A DNA stretch of 64,000 bases, taken from NCBI GenBank assembly GCA_024704765.1, contig JAKMXF010000305.1:286682-350681 (forward strand), given 5' to 3'. Below are positions 24,008-35,865 of this stretch, in pieces (positions within the stretch are counted from its first letter, which is position 1; each line of letters begins with the position of its first letter). The notes below the pieces were generated by a model that worked only from the letters and a program-made list of their open reading frames with translations, did not search any database and was not told the DNA's origin. The DNA comes from Oopsacas minuta. Taxonomy: Eukaryota > Animalia > Porifera. The translations under genes and the position numbers were made by a program.

Positions 24008-26084
24008 TAATGCTCCAGATATTGAGCAAAAGTGAAAGTCATTTTTGCACAGAGATGGTGAGCGCCCAATATACGAAGTTTTTTCTTATCAATTTTCCTT
24101 AGGGTTTAGGGTCTAGTTCATATTTTAGAATTTTCCACTGCTATTGCTAATTTTGTACTATTGAGTTCACATCGCCGTTTATAATTTCTTACATTTTTTA
24201 GATGTGGATCATTTAAAGAAGATTTACTTGTGTACCAAGCATTTTGATCCTCAGGACATAAAAGATACTCAGTCATATTTACAAATTGATGGAAAGAATA
24301 ATACCCGCTCTATACAAGTTAGACTGAAGAAAGGAGCATTGCTTAAGCACCTTCCCAATTACCCTACCTCAATGATAGTTCCAAACAACAGCGCCTTAAA
24401 GGGATAAAACGAAAATAGAGCCACAAAAGCAGGTGAGTACAAATGAAAACAATTACCTATGGCTTATGGCTCTGAAATTATGTTCTCTCTAAAGTCTAGG
24501 CATTGAGGCTAGGTAATGTGAACTTTGAAGTGGAACAAAGAAAGTTTGCTATAGGAGGTTTCGATGAACTCATTACCAGATTGTCAACATTCATTTTCTT
24601 TTGGTTGGATTATTTGGCGCCCTGATTCTACCACCTTGAATTTTGTTAATCTTACATCAACGCATCCAATTGCACTTCAAAATTCCCTTTCTATAGACCG
24701 TACTCTACAAGTTATTTGTTGTCATCATGGAACTCAAGTCGATTTTCATATTCCTATGATGAATGTTATCCGTCAGATACATACTTAGATTGATCTTACT
24801 GACAAGCTCTAAAGTTGATAGAACTCTTATTGGTAAGTACTAATTATGAATTTTGGAAATTTCATTATAAAGCTGATTATATTTCTTCTAGAGATCCACG
24901 AGAGCATTTCATCAATAAAGCAAGCTATTTCAATACTGGATAATAAATTATGTAATACATGTGAATACTAATTATTTTGAATTGTGACTACAAGTATGCA
25001 CAAGTTTCCAGATCCCATAACTCAATTGCACTCTATCGTGAGTCAACTGGAGAACTCGATTATTGTAAAAACTAGACGTCGCTACAATATGATTAAGATG
25101 ATCCTCCCACTCAAGTCTCATTTGTCGTCTCATGCTTATTATAGACAACTACATAATATGGACTGTATATCTTTGTCACATGAGTCATCACTACGTCGTC
25201 TATATTCTCGTTTTGGTTTGGACACTGAGTTTCTAACATCCTTAAAAGCTGAGACAGGTGGCTTTAATCAATTTGAACGTCATCTTTGTCTAAATATGGA
25301 TGGGACAAACATCAAATCTGGCATTTCAAATAAAGGTTAGCTGAGTACAGTGACTTTATACTTTTATAGAACTTGCGCAGGTAATCATATTGTAGTGAAT
25401 CCTGTATATTTTTAAGCGGAAAGATCTATGGTAATGCAGAAAGTTCACAGTCTTGAGTGTGATAGAACCTGCTAAGACAATTCTATATTTTATGGTATCA
25501 AGTTTGTCTAAGAAATGGTCTTCGGTTGTACGATTACTCCCATTAGTCAACCCAAAGCTTCTGATATACTCCCAATTACTGTGGAAGTTATTAAAGATAT
25601 CGAACAACTTGGTCTCTTGGTTGATGTAATCGTATCAGACAACTTTCCCCTGAATGTCAATCTTTTCAAGTTGCTTGGCAATGGGAAAGAAATTTTGTCA
25701 TGTGTAGCACATCCAAGCGATAATCTACATTCTCTATACTTGATGTTCGATTCTGTGCACATTATTAAGGCCAATCAAAATAGCGGGCTAAATCAAAAAT
25801 ACTTTAACTGCACTTATGTTATCCAAACTTTGAAGATATCTCGCAACGTAACTATCCAATGAAATTGTCGCTGGCAACCTTTCAGGTAATTGGACTTTAA
25901 GACAACTATCTACGTACATACGTACATACTACATTGCAAACATTAAATCCATCTGTACTTAGGATTTGAGGCTACAATACAACTCTGAACGGCTATCTGT
26001 TGCTAAACATGCACCGAGGATAACTTATAAAGCTTGTTGGCCTTCTACTTTAGAAAGACAGAATGTGACATTAGCACTACTAAA

Positions 26085-26575
26085 TAACATAAATTAGAAT
26101 TCAATTATGAATAACTAATGGATGGAATAATGCATCTTGTTCTTGGGGTACTAGCTGCCGCAGACCACATCTCAAGCGACAAGTACGACCAAATTTTACA
26201 CTTTGTTCGCTGTCGGTAACTCGCTTGGACAGGCTCACCTTGACTAAGGAGACGGATAAACATCCTTTGCGTTTGATGTAAATGACATCTTTCTGACAAG
26301 ATGTTCACGGTGTTTTTTAACCAACTTATTGCATACCTCGACTGCTTCTTTAGGAAAGTCCTTCAGCCTGAAACCATTGTTGCAATCTTTAATTAATTCT
26401 GAAGAATGAACTAGTAGTCTGTGAAGGAAAGGAGTTATACTTGCCCATGGAAAATACATGAGATGATTCATAGGTTTCTTTGCAAAGCGAATCCATTTTG
26501 TCTGTGTAATTGCTTGATTAGAGTTAAAGACGCGTAACAATACAGAAAGTTTGGTTTGTAAAGTACGTCATTCCC
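26085..26575 (-). mobile_element. Internal 3' fragment of a Transib/RAG1-core-like transposase inside the P element
   Basis: KLSVLLRVFNS...FPWASITPFLHRLLVHSSELIKDCNNGFRLKDFPKEAVEVCNKLVKKHREHLVRKMSFTSN / FIRLLSQGEP, colinear with the C-terminus of the element at 48.6-50.4 kb. Confidence 0.82.
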
Positions 26576-28156
26576 ACTCTCATTTGCACACAGCTGAATT
26601 TATCATCATTATTTATGATATCTGGAAAATGTTTAATGTTAACAACCCTTATAAGGTTATTCGCCTGAATGATGAATTGTCAAATCCTTTCGTCTTGAAT
26701 GACTTAAACTCAAATATTTGTCAAAGAGTTATTGAATGGCTTGATAAATGGAAAAAACTTGCCTCAAAAACGGGGACTTACCAGCCAACTTTTACAAGCT
26801 TTCGCCATTCTTGTATCGCTATAACTGCTATAATTAACCACCTAATACAGGATTGTGATTTTACTCATGTTCTTACTTCTTTCCTAAAAATGATCCAGTC
26901 GAATACTATTTTGGTTCATACAGAATGGTGTCCGGTGCTGAGTACGATATTAGCTATTGACAAATTCTCGAAAGCGAAAGACGTATCAAATTATCAAGTA
27001 TTTTAAAATTATTTTCTAGTCAGACTTCAACAGAACAACTTTCCTTTGACGAGTTTATTGGCTCTTTTTCTACTCCTTCAGAACATCTATATTTTCCAAC
27101 TTTAGATCTTGAGCAGTTCATATCTTCCCTCATAATTATTTAGATATTACTATTACTACACAAACACTTCAAGCATTTCATTTATTACTGGATATAGAGT
27201 TCATTCTTACTATAAGAAATCAAACCGTTTTCAAGCCTGTTTATCTTTTCTGATCGAAAATAAAGGAATGGAAATTGGGGAATCACTCGACTCAACTTAC
27301 ACACTCTGCAATTAATTGATCGAGGTTCACTGAAATGGCCATCTACTTGTGTACTCGAAGTTATTGTTTCCACATGAACTCATGGGAGATTTGTAAATCG
27401 ATTGAAGATCGTCCTCTACCGTTTAAAGATATTGTCAAGGGGCTATCTAGGCAACATATTGTAAAAATTAGGGTAAAAATTATTGAAGAAGAGGAGAGTC
27501 AAAACTGGAGGGATTGCTGTCCTATTTGTGATACAGTTGGTTGGGATATCCTAGAAAAGTTAATCACATCAGTTACTAACTGTTTTCTCTCTAATTTAAT
27601 AAAGAAGATGAATTCTATACATAGACTTCATACAGAAAATACAAGGAAATTGAAGGAATTCAAAAGTACTTGAATGGAGGAAGTTGGGGAACACTGTTAG
27701 TAGATTTAGATTGTGCATTTGCAACTATTCCTCGTTGAGTACCATTGTACTATATACACCAGTTATTAACATTCTGAATTACCTACTCAGATTTGCATTG
27801 CATTCTCTTACCTTAGTATATTCATAATAATATGTATTTTACTGTACAATATCATTTCTAAATCATTGAACATAAATTAAATATCATATATGACTCAATA
27901 TAAATTTTGAATAGTAGCCTTACTTTATTCCATGGTTCAAGTTCACAAAGTTGGTGTATAGGCCTTATTTAAAGTAGGTCACGCCTACTATAAATTGGGT
28001 TTAGTTGAGAAATAACTGACACCAAAGATTCCAAACGCCGATGCACTATAGGTGTCGCCTAAAGAAATTGTAGGATATCTCATCTATCTCTATAATTTCA
28101 GGCTCTCATTCTCATAGAGGGATTTGAATAGTTCTCGTCATAATTTGCACAATCTA

Positions 28157-29496
28157 CAACGGGCGTTCAAAAAGTTCCCGAATCTACCCCACATTTTTGC
28201 AACTATACGGAATATACATGTATAATTGTTATATTTCCTCGAACTAATTACCATAACGTCTATGACTTATTGTAGACGAGCTAGCCATTTAATAAATACA
28301 TTTTATATTCTCCAAGCGGGATATCTTTAAGGGATCTCCAAATTGCATTCCCTAGGTCTATTCTGGTATCAAAATGTCTGCCTGTAAGGCCCCTTTTGAA
28401 CTTTGCAAAATGCCAGAAATCAGAAGGAGCGAGGTCAGGTGAGTAGGGTGGGTGATCTAGCTCAACAACTCCCATTCTATCCAACTCTGACTTTAGGACC
28501 TTAGATTTATGTGGCTGTGCATTATCGTACAATAATCACATGTCCCGCGGTCCAGACTTTAGCCTCCGCTCCTAGTAAGATTTTTATACTCCTGAGAGGC
28601 AACTGTTGGCATAAAGGTCCTCGGTAATTGTCCTCCCTTTTGGTATTATAATCTGGGAAACTCGGCCATGTGCATCAAAGAAAATTGAGTACAGGACCTT
28701 CTGATCTCAGAAATCCGGCCTAGGATTGAGAGGAGGCGGCTCACCTTTTACGATCCATACCATATTTCTTTCTTTGGATAGTGGCTCGTCGTATCTTATC
28801 CAAGTCTCGTCACCAGTAATGATTTCTGCCAGCCTTCTTGGTTCCGAGTCTTTGTACTCGGAGAACATTTTTCTTGCACAAGTTACCCGACGGTCCTTCT
28901 GTCCTTTGTAAGGGAATGCGGGATCAACTTCGAACAAATTTTCCTAACTTTCAGCTCATAGATAAGTATGGAATGAACTGCTCTCGTTGAGATCTCTACA
29001 CTCATAGCTAACTCCTCAACAGTGATATGAGGAACTTCTCTACTCTCCAGCGAATTTCAGAGGTGTTACTGCTAATGACGGCGAATCTGGGACGCCTGAT
29101 TCGTTCCTCAACTTCCAGTGACTCTTGTACTTTACGAAACCGCTTGGACCACTCCCACAGTAGTATATGAAAGGTTAGCATCTCCATAAATGACTTCCAA
29201 GCCAATGAGAATCTCCTTCGGGCCAATAGCAAGAAGGTGCGAATTTTGATATAGGATCTTTGCTCAAATTTCAAATTTGAAGCCATAAATGCTGGAAAAT
29301 ACAAGGATAGTCAAAACAGAAATTTGAAATAATTGTAACTAGAAAACTATTGACGATAATAATGAAAGCTAAGTGAATTCTGAATTCTGAATACATAATA
29401 GAATAACGTTCATTATTATGAATACAGATACGTAGTATAATATCTTATATCTTAAAATTCTATGGCCAAAGTGGGGAACTGTCTGAACTCCCGTTG
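28157..29496 (-). mobile_element. Full-length degraded mariner (DD34D)
   Basis: TA target duplication; TIRs CAACGGG(C/A)GTTCA(A/G)A(A/C)AGTTCCC; GDETW, YDNAQPH and YSPDLAPSDF with 34 residues between the second and third D; several frameshifts and stops. Confidence 0.95.
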
Positions 29497-29753
29497 TAGA
29501 ATCGAAATTGGATCTAGAAATTAACCAAATATATATTTTGCATTAATACTTAGTATGCCAAATTCCCATACAATAGATATGGATGGAAATTTTCAATATA
29601 TACAAAGTGAAAAACAGTGTTTGTTATTAAAAAGAATAATTGCAGTGGTTAGCAACTATTATCGGACAAGATTTTACCTTTTCATTAATTCGGTTAACAA
29701 ATTGAGCCCTAATTTGGCTTCGATGATATACAGGAATTGTACCAAAAACTTAC

Positions 29754-30032
29754 CATAGAAAGTAGAGATAGTAGGTGTATTAATGCTGCAAGGGCATAAC
29801 TGTGATGATCAGCTTGTTCCTCGTTTAATAAACGGAAAATGGCATGTAATAATTCATCAAGAAATAGTACCATATCTTCATCAGGAATGTCTTTTACAGC
29901 AGTTAGGACAGAAGGTAATATCCCACATTTTTTCTGCCATGACAATATATTTAGAATATTAACATTCTTAGTAAGCATAGTGCTACATGCAATAGTTTCA
30001 ACAAGAAAGGATTCCCGATTGGCAATATGATC
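29754..30032 (-). CDS. DOCK: DOCK exon, end of DHR-1 and start of helical region
   Basis: Encodes DHIANRESFLVETIACSTMLTKNVNILNILSWQK...VLFLDELLHAIFRLL...LIHLLSLLSM, matching DOCK1 [27 protein letters not shown]...VKFLQDTLDALF. Acceptor tttctag|GAT, donor ATG|gtaagt; 279 nt, phase 0/0. Confidence 0.93.
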
Positions 30033-31163
30033 CTAGAAATCAAAAGAGATAGTGATATCTAAGTTAATATGATACAAAATATTAAATGAGGAAACTAATA
30101 AGTATATTACAGTAGAAATAAGGTTTGTTACTGCTGGATCTATTCGTCTCTTAGTAATTGCAAATAGACTCGAAGGCAAGAAAACTATTTCTCCTAAATT
30201 ATTGCAATACAAAATTTATTGTTTGGTTGCAACCGGAATTTTGCATATTGGTCTTGGCTAGTTTAATCATTAAAGAAAGTGCAGTATTAATTGCATTTTC
30301 TTTCGAGTTATTGTCCATCAGTTTCTTGACCCTCTATATCAAGGGATCAATAATCGCGAATTTAAGGCAACCTCCATTTGTGATAAAGAATAAATATCGT
30401 CAACGAATTAGTAGTTACAAATCATTTGTTGATTTTGTCTCTGTATAATTGTATAGACAAAATAAATCACGTGATGTGTATACAACAAGCGAAGCATTTA
30501 ATTGTATATTATTGGCAACGGTAAAGTGTTTCCTATTGAGTTTCGAAATGTTTCCATGCATTTCGGAGGCAAAAAATGAATTCTACTATACATGAGTCTC
30601 CAAAAATACGACGCCGAAAGCTGACAACACCTCTACAAAGGACAAGATATTGTAACAAGTTGTATTTACTGAACATATATGTAAGAATACTTGAGGAATT
30701 AACAAGAAAGAATATCTGCCAAGGTTCGTTATTGTGAGAAAAACTGTAAAGAAGGTATAACAAATATATCGTTCAAAAGCAAGACCTCAAAAACATTTGA
30801 TGACAAGTTGAATGAAAGAGAATTTAGATGAGGTGTCATGCTCACAAACAAAGATGAATATTTGAGAATTTCGGTGAGAGATTCCATCTTGCTATATAGC
30901 ACAATGTCTCTTAGCAATTAAATTATCAGCAACTGTTTCTGTTTTCTCGTTAAAACGAATTTTGTGCATAGACCAGGAGTGATTTTGCATTACACTGGTA
31001 TAATCACCTCTGTAAAAATCTGTTCATTACATATGTTGTATTTCGCAAATGCCCTTGTCATGAAAAAGATCCCAAACTTCACAATTCTTAGCCCATTATA
31101 CATTTTGCAGTATGTGTCACCAAATGAATAAATATTTATGTGGCAATTGAAGCATGTCAATAA

Positions 31164-33119
31164 CCCAGGCCAACAAAAAATCTTTTGTTCAGTACCTAAG
31201 ATTCTAGATTGATCTTAGACAATATTTGCTGTGCTGAGTTCGAAACTTACTTCGGATATGCTTGATTGGCTATTGATATTAGTCCTCATTTATGTTTATA
31301 TTGTTAGTTACATTTCTCAAATGTATATTCAATTTAATCAATACTTTTATGATTATAAGTATGTAGGTATTCGAACTCTATGGCATCGTCAAGAAGAGAA
31401 TGTTCTAATGATCCTAATACGTTCTGTTACATATGTGGTGAATATATGGTAAAACCAGGGAAAAAGTATCTCAGACTTCGTGCGAAAGGCATACTTTGCT
31501 TACTTTGAGGTGAAGCTTAAATACCAAGACAGCTTTTGATTATCTGCTCAATTCAATCAGAAAGAGCTCAATGATCTAATCAGGGACCTCAACCTGTCTA
31601 AAGAGTGTTCAGAAATTTTGAATCCAGGCTCAACGAGAAGAATATTCTTAACCTTGGAACTAAGATAACATATAATCGTCATAGAGAAGAAGGATTACTT
31701 CATTACTTTAGCCAACAAGAAGGCCTCGTCTTCTGCAATGACATTGGAGGGCTTCTCCTGGAAATGGCAGTACCATAATATAGACCAGAAGATTAGCGTC
31801 TATTCATTGATAGTTCTAAGAGAAGCTTGAAGTGCGTTTTATTGCAAAATGGAAATAAATATGCACCTATTCCAATTGGACATTCACCATAGTTAAGGAG
31901 GAGAATCAAAATATTTGAATGGTATTGCAAAAATTGAAATATCATGAACACAGGATTGATGTGTGTTGATCTCAAGGTGGCAAACTTTCTACTTGGCCAA
32001 CAAGATGGACACAATAAGTACCCTTGTTTTATATGTTTATGGGACAGCAGAGCTCGCAAAGATCATTGGGTAAATTAAGTGTGGCCCATGAGAACTGATC
32101 CAACAGTTGGAGAAGCAAACATTCTGTATGAACAATTAGTTCCCTGAGAAAAATCATTCTTCCACCCCTCCACAACAAATTGGGTTTAATGAAGCAGTCA
32201 TTATAATCCCAGGATGAAGACGGCCCCTGTTTCAAGTACATTTGCAGATAATTTCCAGCAATGAGCAATGTAAAACTGAAAGTAGGGATCTTTGATTGTG
32301 CTCAGATCCGCAGTCCTATAAGAAACACTGGTTTCGTCCAATCCATGACAAATTTAGAATCTCCTGCGAGGTGTGCATTTGTTTTGGTAGTCAATAACTT
32401 CTTGGGAAATAATAAAGCTAACAACTACATAGATTTGGTCAATGACATGATTTACAAATTTAAAGATTTAGATGTTAAGATTAGGATCAAGGTTCACTAT
32501 CTATTTAGCCACCTGGATCGTTTCCTTGAAAACCTTGGGGATTTAAGTGAGGAACAGGGGGAAAGGTTTCATCAGGTCATCAAGGTCATTGAAGAGAGAT
32601 ATCAAGGTAGGTGGGGACCCACATGATGGTAGATTACTGTTGGAGCCTCCAGCGAGATTGCCCTCTGATATCCCATAAAAGAAATCAAGAGATAATTTTT
32701 TAGATGTTCTTCAATAAACAAGTTTACTATTCTTTGAAATATTATTACTTTTAACCGATCAATTGTTTTGGCAATGATCAATGTATTTCATACGGAGTAG
32801 CTATAATGATTAAATTATACTTCCCAAATTTTAAGTTTTGCAGTTAATAGTTACATTCAAAAACTACAAATTTCAATAATTCAAATTTTACACTTGGAAC
32901 TAGAAAAAGTTGAATGTCACAACTGAAACACCATGCCACTATTCTGTGAAGAAATTTATGTGTAGTATACATTCACTATTTGTATACTTATCACGCCAAA
33001 TTTAACATTAGGTATCAGAATAAATTCGGACAAGCCAATGCCACTTTCAGATTCCCCGAGGTAAATATGCATAGAAACGGATGCAACATCTTAAGCAACA
33101 AATTGTTTGTTGACAAGTG
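31164..33119 (+). mobile_element. Chapaev3-like (CMC) transposon, internally deleted
   Basis: MASSRRECSNDPNTFCYICGEY; WRLFIDSSKRSLK; PPLH.KLGLMK; FLGNNKANNY; SHLDRFLENLGDLSEEQGERFHQ. Ends CCCAGGCCAACAAA / CACTTGTCAACAAA; flanks TAA / AAA. The family name is from recall of these motifs. Confidence 0.82.
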
Positions 33120-33249
33120 AAATAATAGTAGCGAAAATTCATCATGTCAAATTTTGTATATTTTGTATGGAAATTATGTATTTAAGATAGGATACTATTA
33201 ATTTGACCTTTAAGAACCAGACAAATATCTAACTCACCTGAAAAATTTG

Positions 33250-35865
33250 GCCCGCAAGACACTAGTTAAAGATAACTGCCATAGGGCATGAACAACTTAG
33301 CTTTCGCGTTCGTTTTAGCTATGGTACTCTGTCTCATGAAAGATTTAAGGCTTTTCATATATTACGCAATTTGATGCCCTAAGCATATCTAATGAAGCAC
33401 AAATAATCACTTCTTTCTTATAAACAGGTAGAAAACTCATCACTATTTCAATAGATGGTGTTAACGTATTGAGTGGCCATGTTAGTGGTGTTCAAGCAAG
33501 TCTTAATTTCTATCTATGGTTAGTCTATTTCATTGTACTGCTCATAGGGTCAATCTGATCATTCTCTATCTCTTTGACAAGACATCTTGTCGAAATCGTA
33601 TTACCACCCTTGACTGATAATATACATTTATCAACCAAACAAAAATAACAATCTCTTTGAAGTCAAATGAAATAAAATGAAACTATACAGAAGATCCCAC
33701 AAAGGTCAGATGTCAGATGGGCCTCTTAATACGACTTTTTAGACATCAAGCTATTCTAATGCATTAGGTCGCAGAGCTGAACATTCGGATAGACAATCAA
33801 TGATTGCATCTGGTCTATATGATAAAATGGTTGAAAGCAGTGGCGTAACAATAGGCGGTTCATTGAACCAGGGCCACTATGTCCAGAGGGCCTAGAAACT
33901 TTAATTCAAATTTGGTATACGCAGAATTTCTGATAAACTTCAATCACATAAAATTAATTAAATATAATTATTCCAAGGCCGCAGAACCAGTTTCAGCTTC
34001 TCGACATTTCTTGGCCTGTGTGATTCTATGTGTGATGTCACCTGAGTACTTAGATTGCTTTCACCCGGCTTACAACAATTATGTTGTTTGAAATAATTTT
34101 TTGTATTTCTCTTCAGACTATAAGAAAGAATGAAGAGAAAATATGTTTCTTGCAATCCAAAGAGAGCGGAAAATGCAAACAAGCAGTGCCGTATGGAAGG
34201 GGGGTATTGGGTGCTCACACCCTCAAAACCGGTTTCAAAAAGGGATATGTTGTTATCTATATTTCGATTTTCCTTAATAAGCACAGAGGTTTTGGAATCG
34301 TATTTACACAATGCCATCCAATTTTCACAATAACTTTTTCAATGAGTATTCCAGACGATATCTTAAAAGACTCCAAATGACTAATGTATTAGCGACAAAA
34401 TTAGTATTCATTAAATAGCATAAATATAATTATGTAAAATTATTATGTTATCTAAACATAAACATCGAAATAACATTGGTACAACTGCACATTATTACAC
34501 TTCTCCTACTATGTGACAAGAATAGCTGTACATCGATGTTTGAGGGTCTGAGATTTCAAAGTTTTCTGGGGGCTTGCACCCCAGACCCCTACCTTACCAT
34601 CGCTCGTTTCCCTCGCACCAGAGCACCCCCACGATCCTGGAAACGCCACTGAACAAGAATAGACATCTTAGCAAAACGTTCCTATAATACGTTTGTTTCC
34701 ATCTAAGTACTAGAATAATATACGTATATGTAAACCATTTGAAGCTAATGGCTTTGTGACAAGTGTAAGAATCCATGCGTCTGAAACCATTCTTACAAGT
34801 GAAAAAGTGGGTTCTGAATTTAGAAAACATAGAAAAGCTCCGAAACTCATGAAAATTGTGAATAGTTTCAACTGATGGGAACTCGCCTATAATTTTGAAC
34901 CGGTGCCCCCAAATATTATTTACACCGCTAGCTGAAAGGAGATCTATTCTTACTATTATATTACTACATTTGGTGTTAGGCATCTTTAACCAACTCTCAC
35001 TTTATCGACAACAATCAAATATTAATTGGCATCTAACTAATCACGAATATCTTTATTTAGGAGAAGTACGGAAGATATAAACTTATCACATATCTTTTCA
35101 TACAATATTTAGGAGGCAGAATTTCTAAGTGAAAATTGTTCTATACCTTTGACAATATCCTCAACATTTCATTGTACGAAAAGCCATACCAGATCACTAA
35201 ATAATCAAAAAACTATTGTAGAGAATTTCACCAATTAAGTTCGAGTTCTGATTTGAGAGGAGTTGGATAAACGATTTTCAATTCAAGCCATGAAAATATT
35301 GAAAAGTCTTGATAGATTTAATCCCAAAAGCGAGTATTTTTTTAATCTTAGTGAGCTGAAGCAATTATTAGAACATTATTCGGGTATCATGCTGAACAAT
35401 GAAATTTCCCTACAATCTGAGTTGTTAAGATTACAAGCGTTTAATGTAGATAGTTTAGAAGAACAAAAAACATGAATCCAGAATTTTCCCAATACAAAGA
35501 CATTGATTCATTTGAGAATTTCGTTATCAGTTTCAAACACATCTGTTGAACAAACCTTTTCTTACATAAATAGACTAACTGATCCAAAAGAGCGAAGCGA
35601 TCTCGCAGTTTTGGCCTTTAATACGGATATAGCTAAGAATATAAATATATATACTAATCGAAGCTTTTGCCACGAAAGAAAGAAGAGTAGCAAGGAACAA
35701 TTAATTAATTATTGCTAATTATGAACTTCCAATTAGTTCATATTACTTTATTGATAACAAACATATGGTTATATCTGTTATGTTTTGTATTGTAATAAGC
35801 AACTTGGGTTATTCGGAAAATGGAAATTGCAGACCCCCAGTAAATGTCGCATGGATGCGTGCCTG
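33250..35865 (+). mobile_element. 5'-truncated hAT (ZMYM1-like) transposase relic
   Basis: GHEQLSFRVRF..HERF; SIDGVNVLSGHVSGVQA; HCTAHRVNL; LDKRFS; LSVSNTSVEQTFSYINRL. Right end GGATGCGTGCCTG at 35865. Confidence 0.78.
33838..34930. mobile_element. Non-autonomous hAT element inserted in the hAT relic
   Basis: Starts CAGTGGCGTA, ends TACACCGCTA; 8-bp target duplication GTTGAAAG / GCTGAAAG. Removing it restores the host frame GLYDKMVERRSILTIILL. Confidence 0.78.

Larger units (their letters stand above)
22612..28094 (+). mobile_element. THAP-domain P-element (THAP9-like) transposon relic with introns, interrupted by a maT element and a Transib fragment
   Basis: THAP pieces MPKSRSAPRC...VFQM / NAPDIEQK*KSFLHRD / DHLKKIYLCTKHF...RLKKGA; core HLCLNMDG, AKTILYFMVSSLSK, VIVSDNF, LMFDSVHIIK, STLERQNV, TAEFI..I..IW..FNV, LQNDPVE; C-terminus ends 27673. 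Candidate right end CTATCTCTATA at about 28094; left end not found. Confidence 0.88.

Noticed and set aside
6447-29753. Two consecutive introns of almost identical length (11,540 and 11,539 nt)
   Set aside because: Their contents are unrelated sets of independent insertions with no duplication evident, so this is treated as coincidence.
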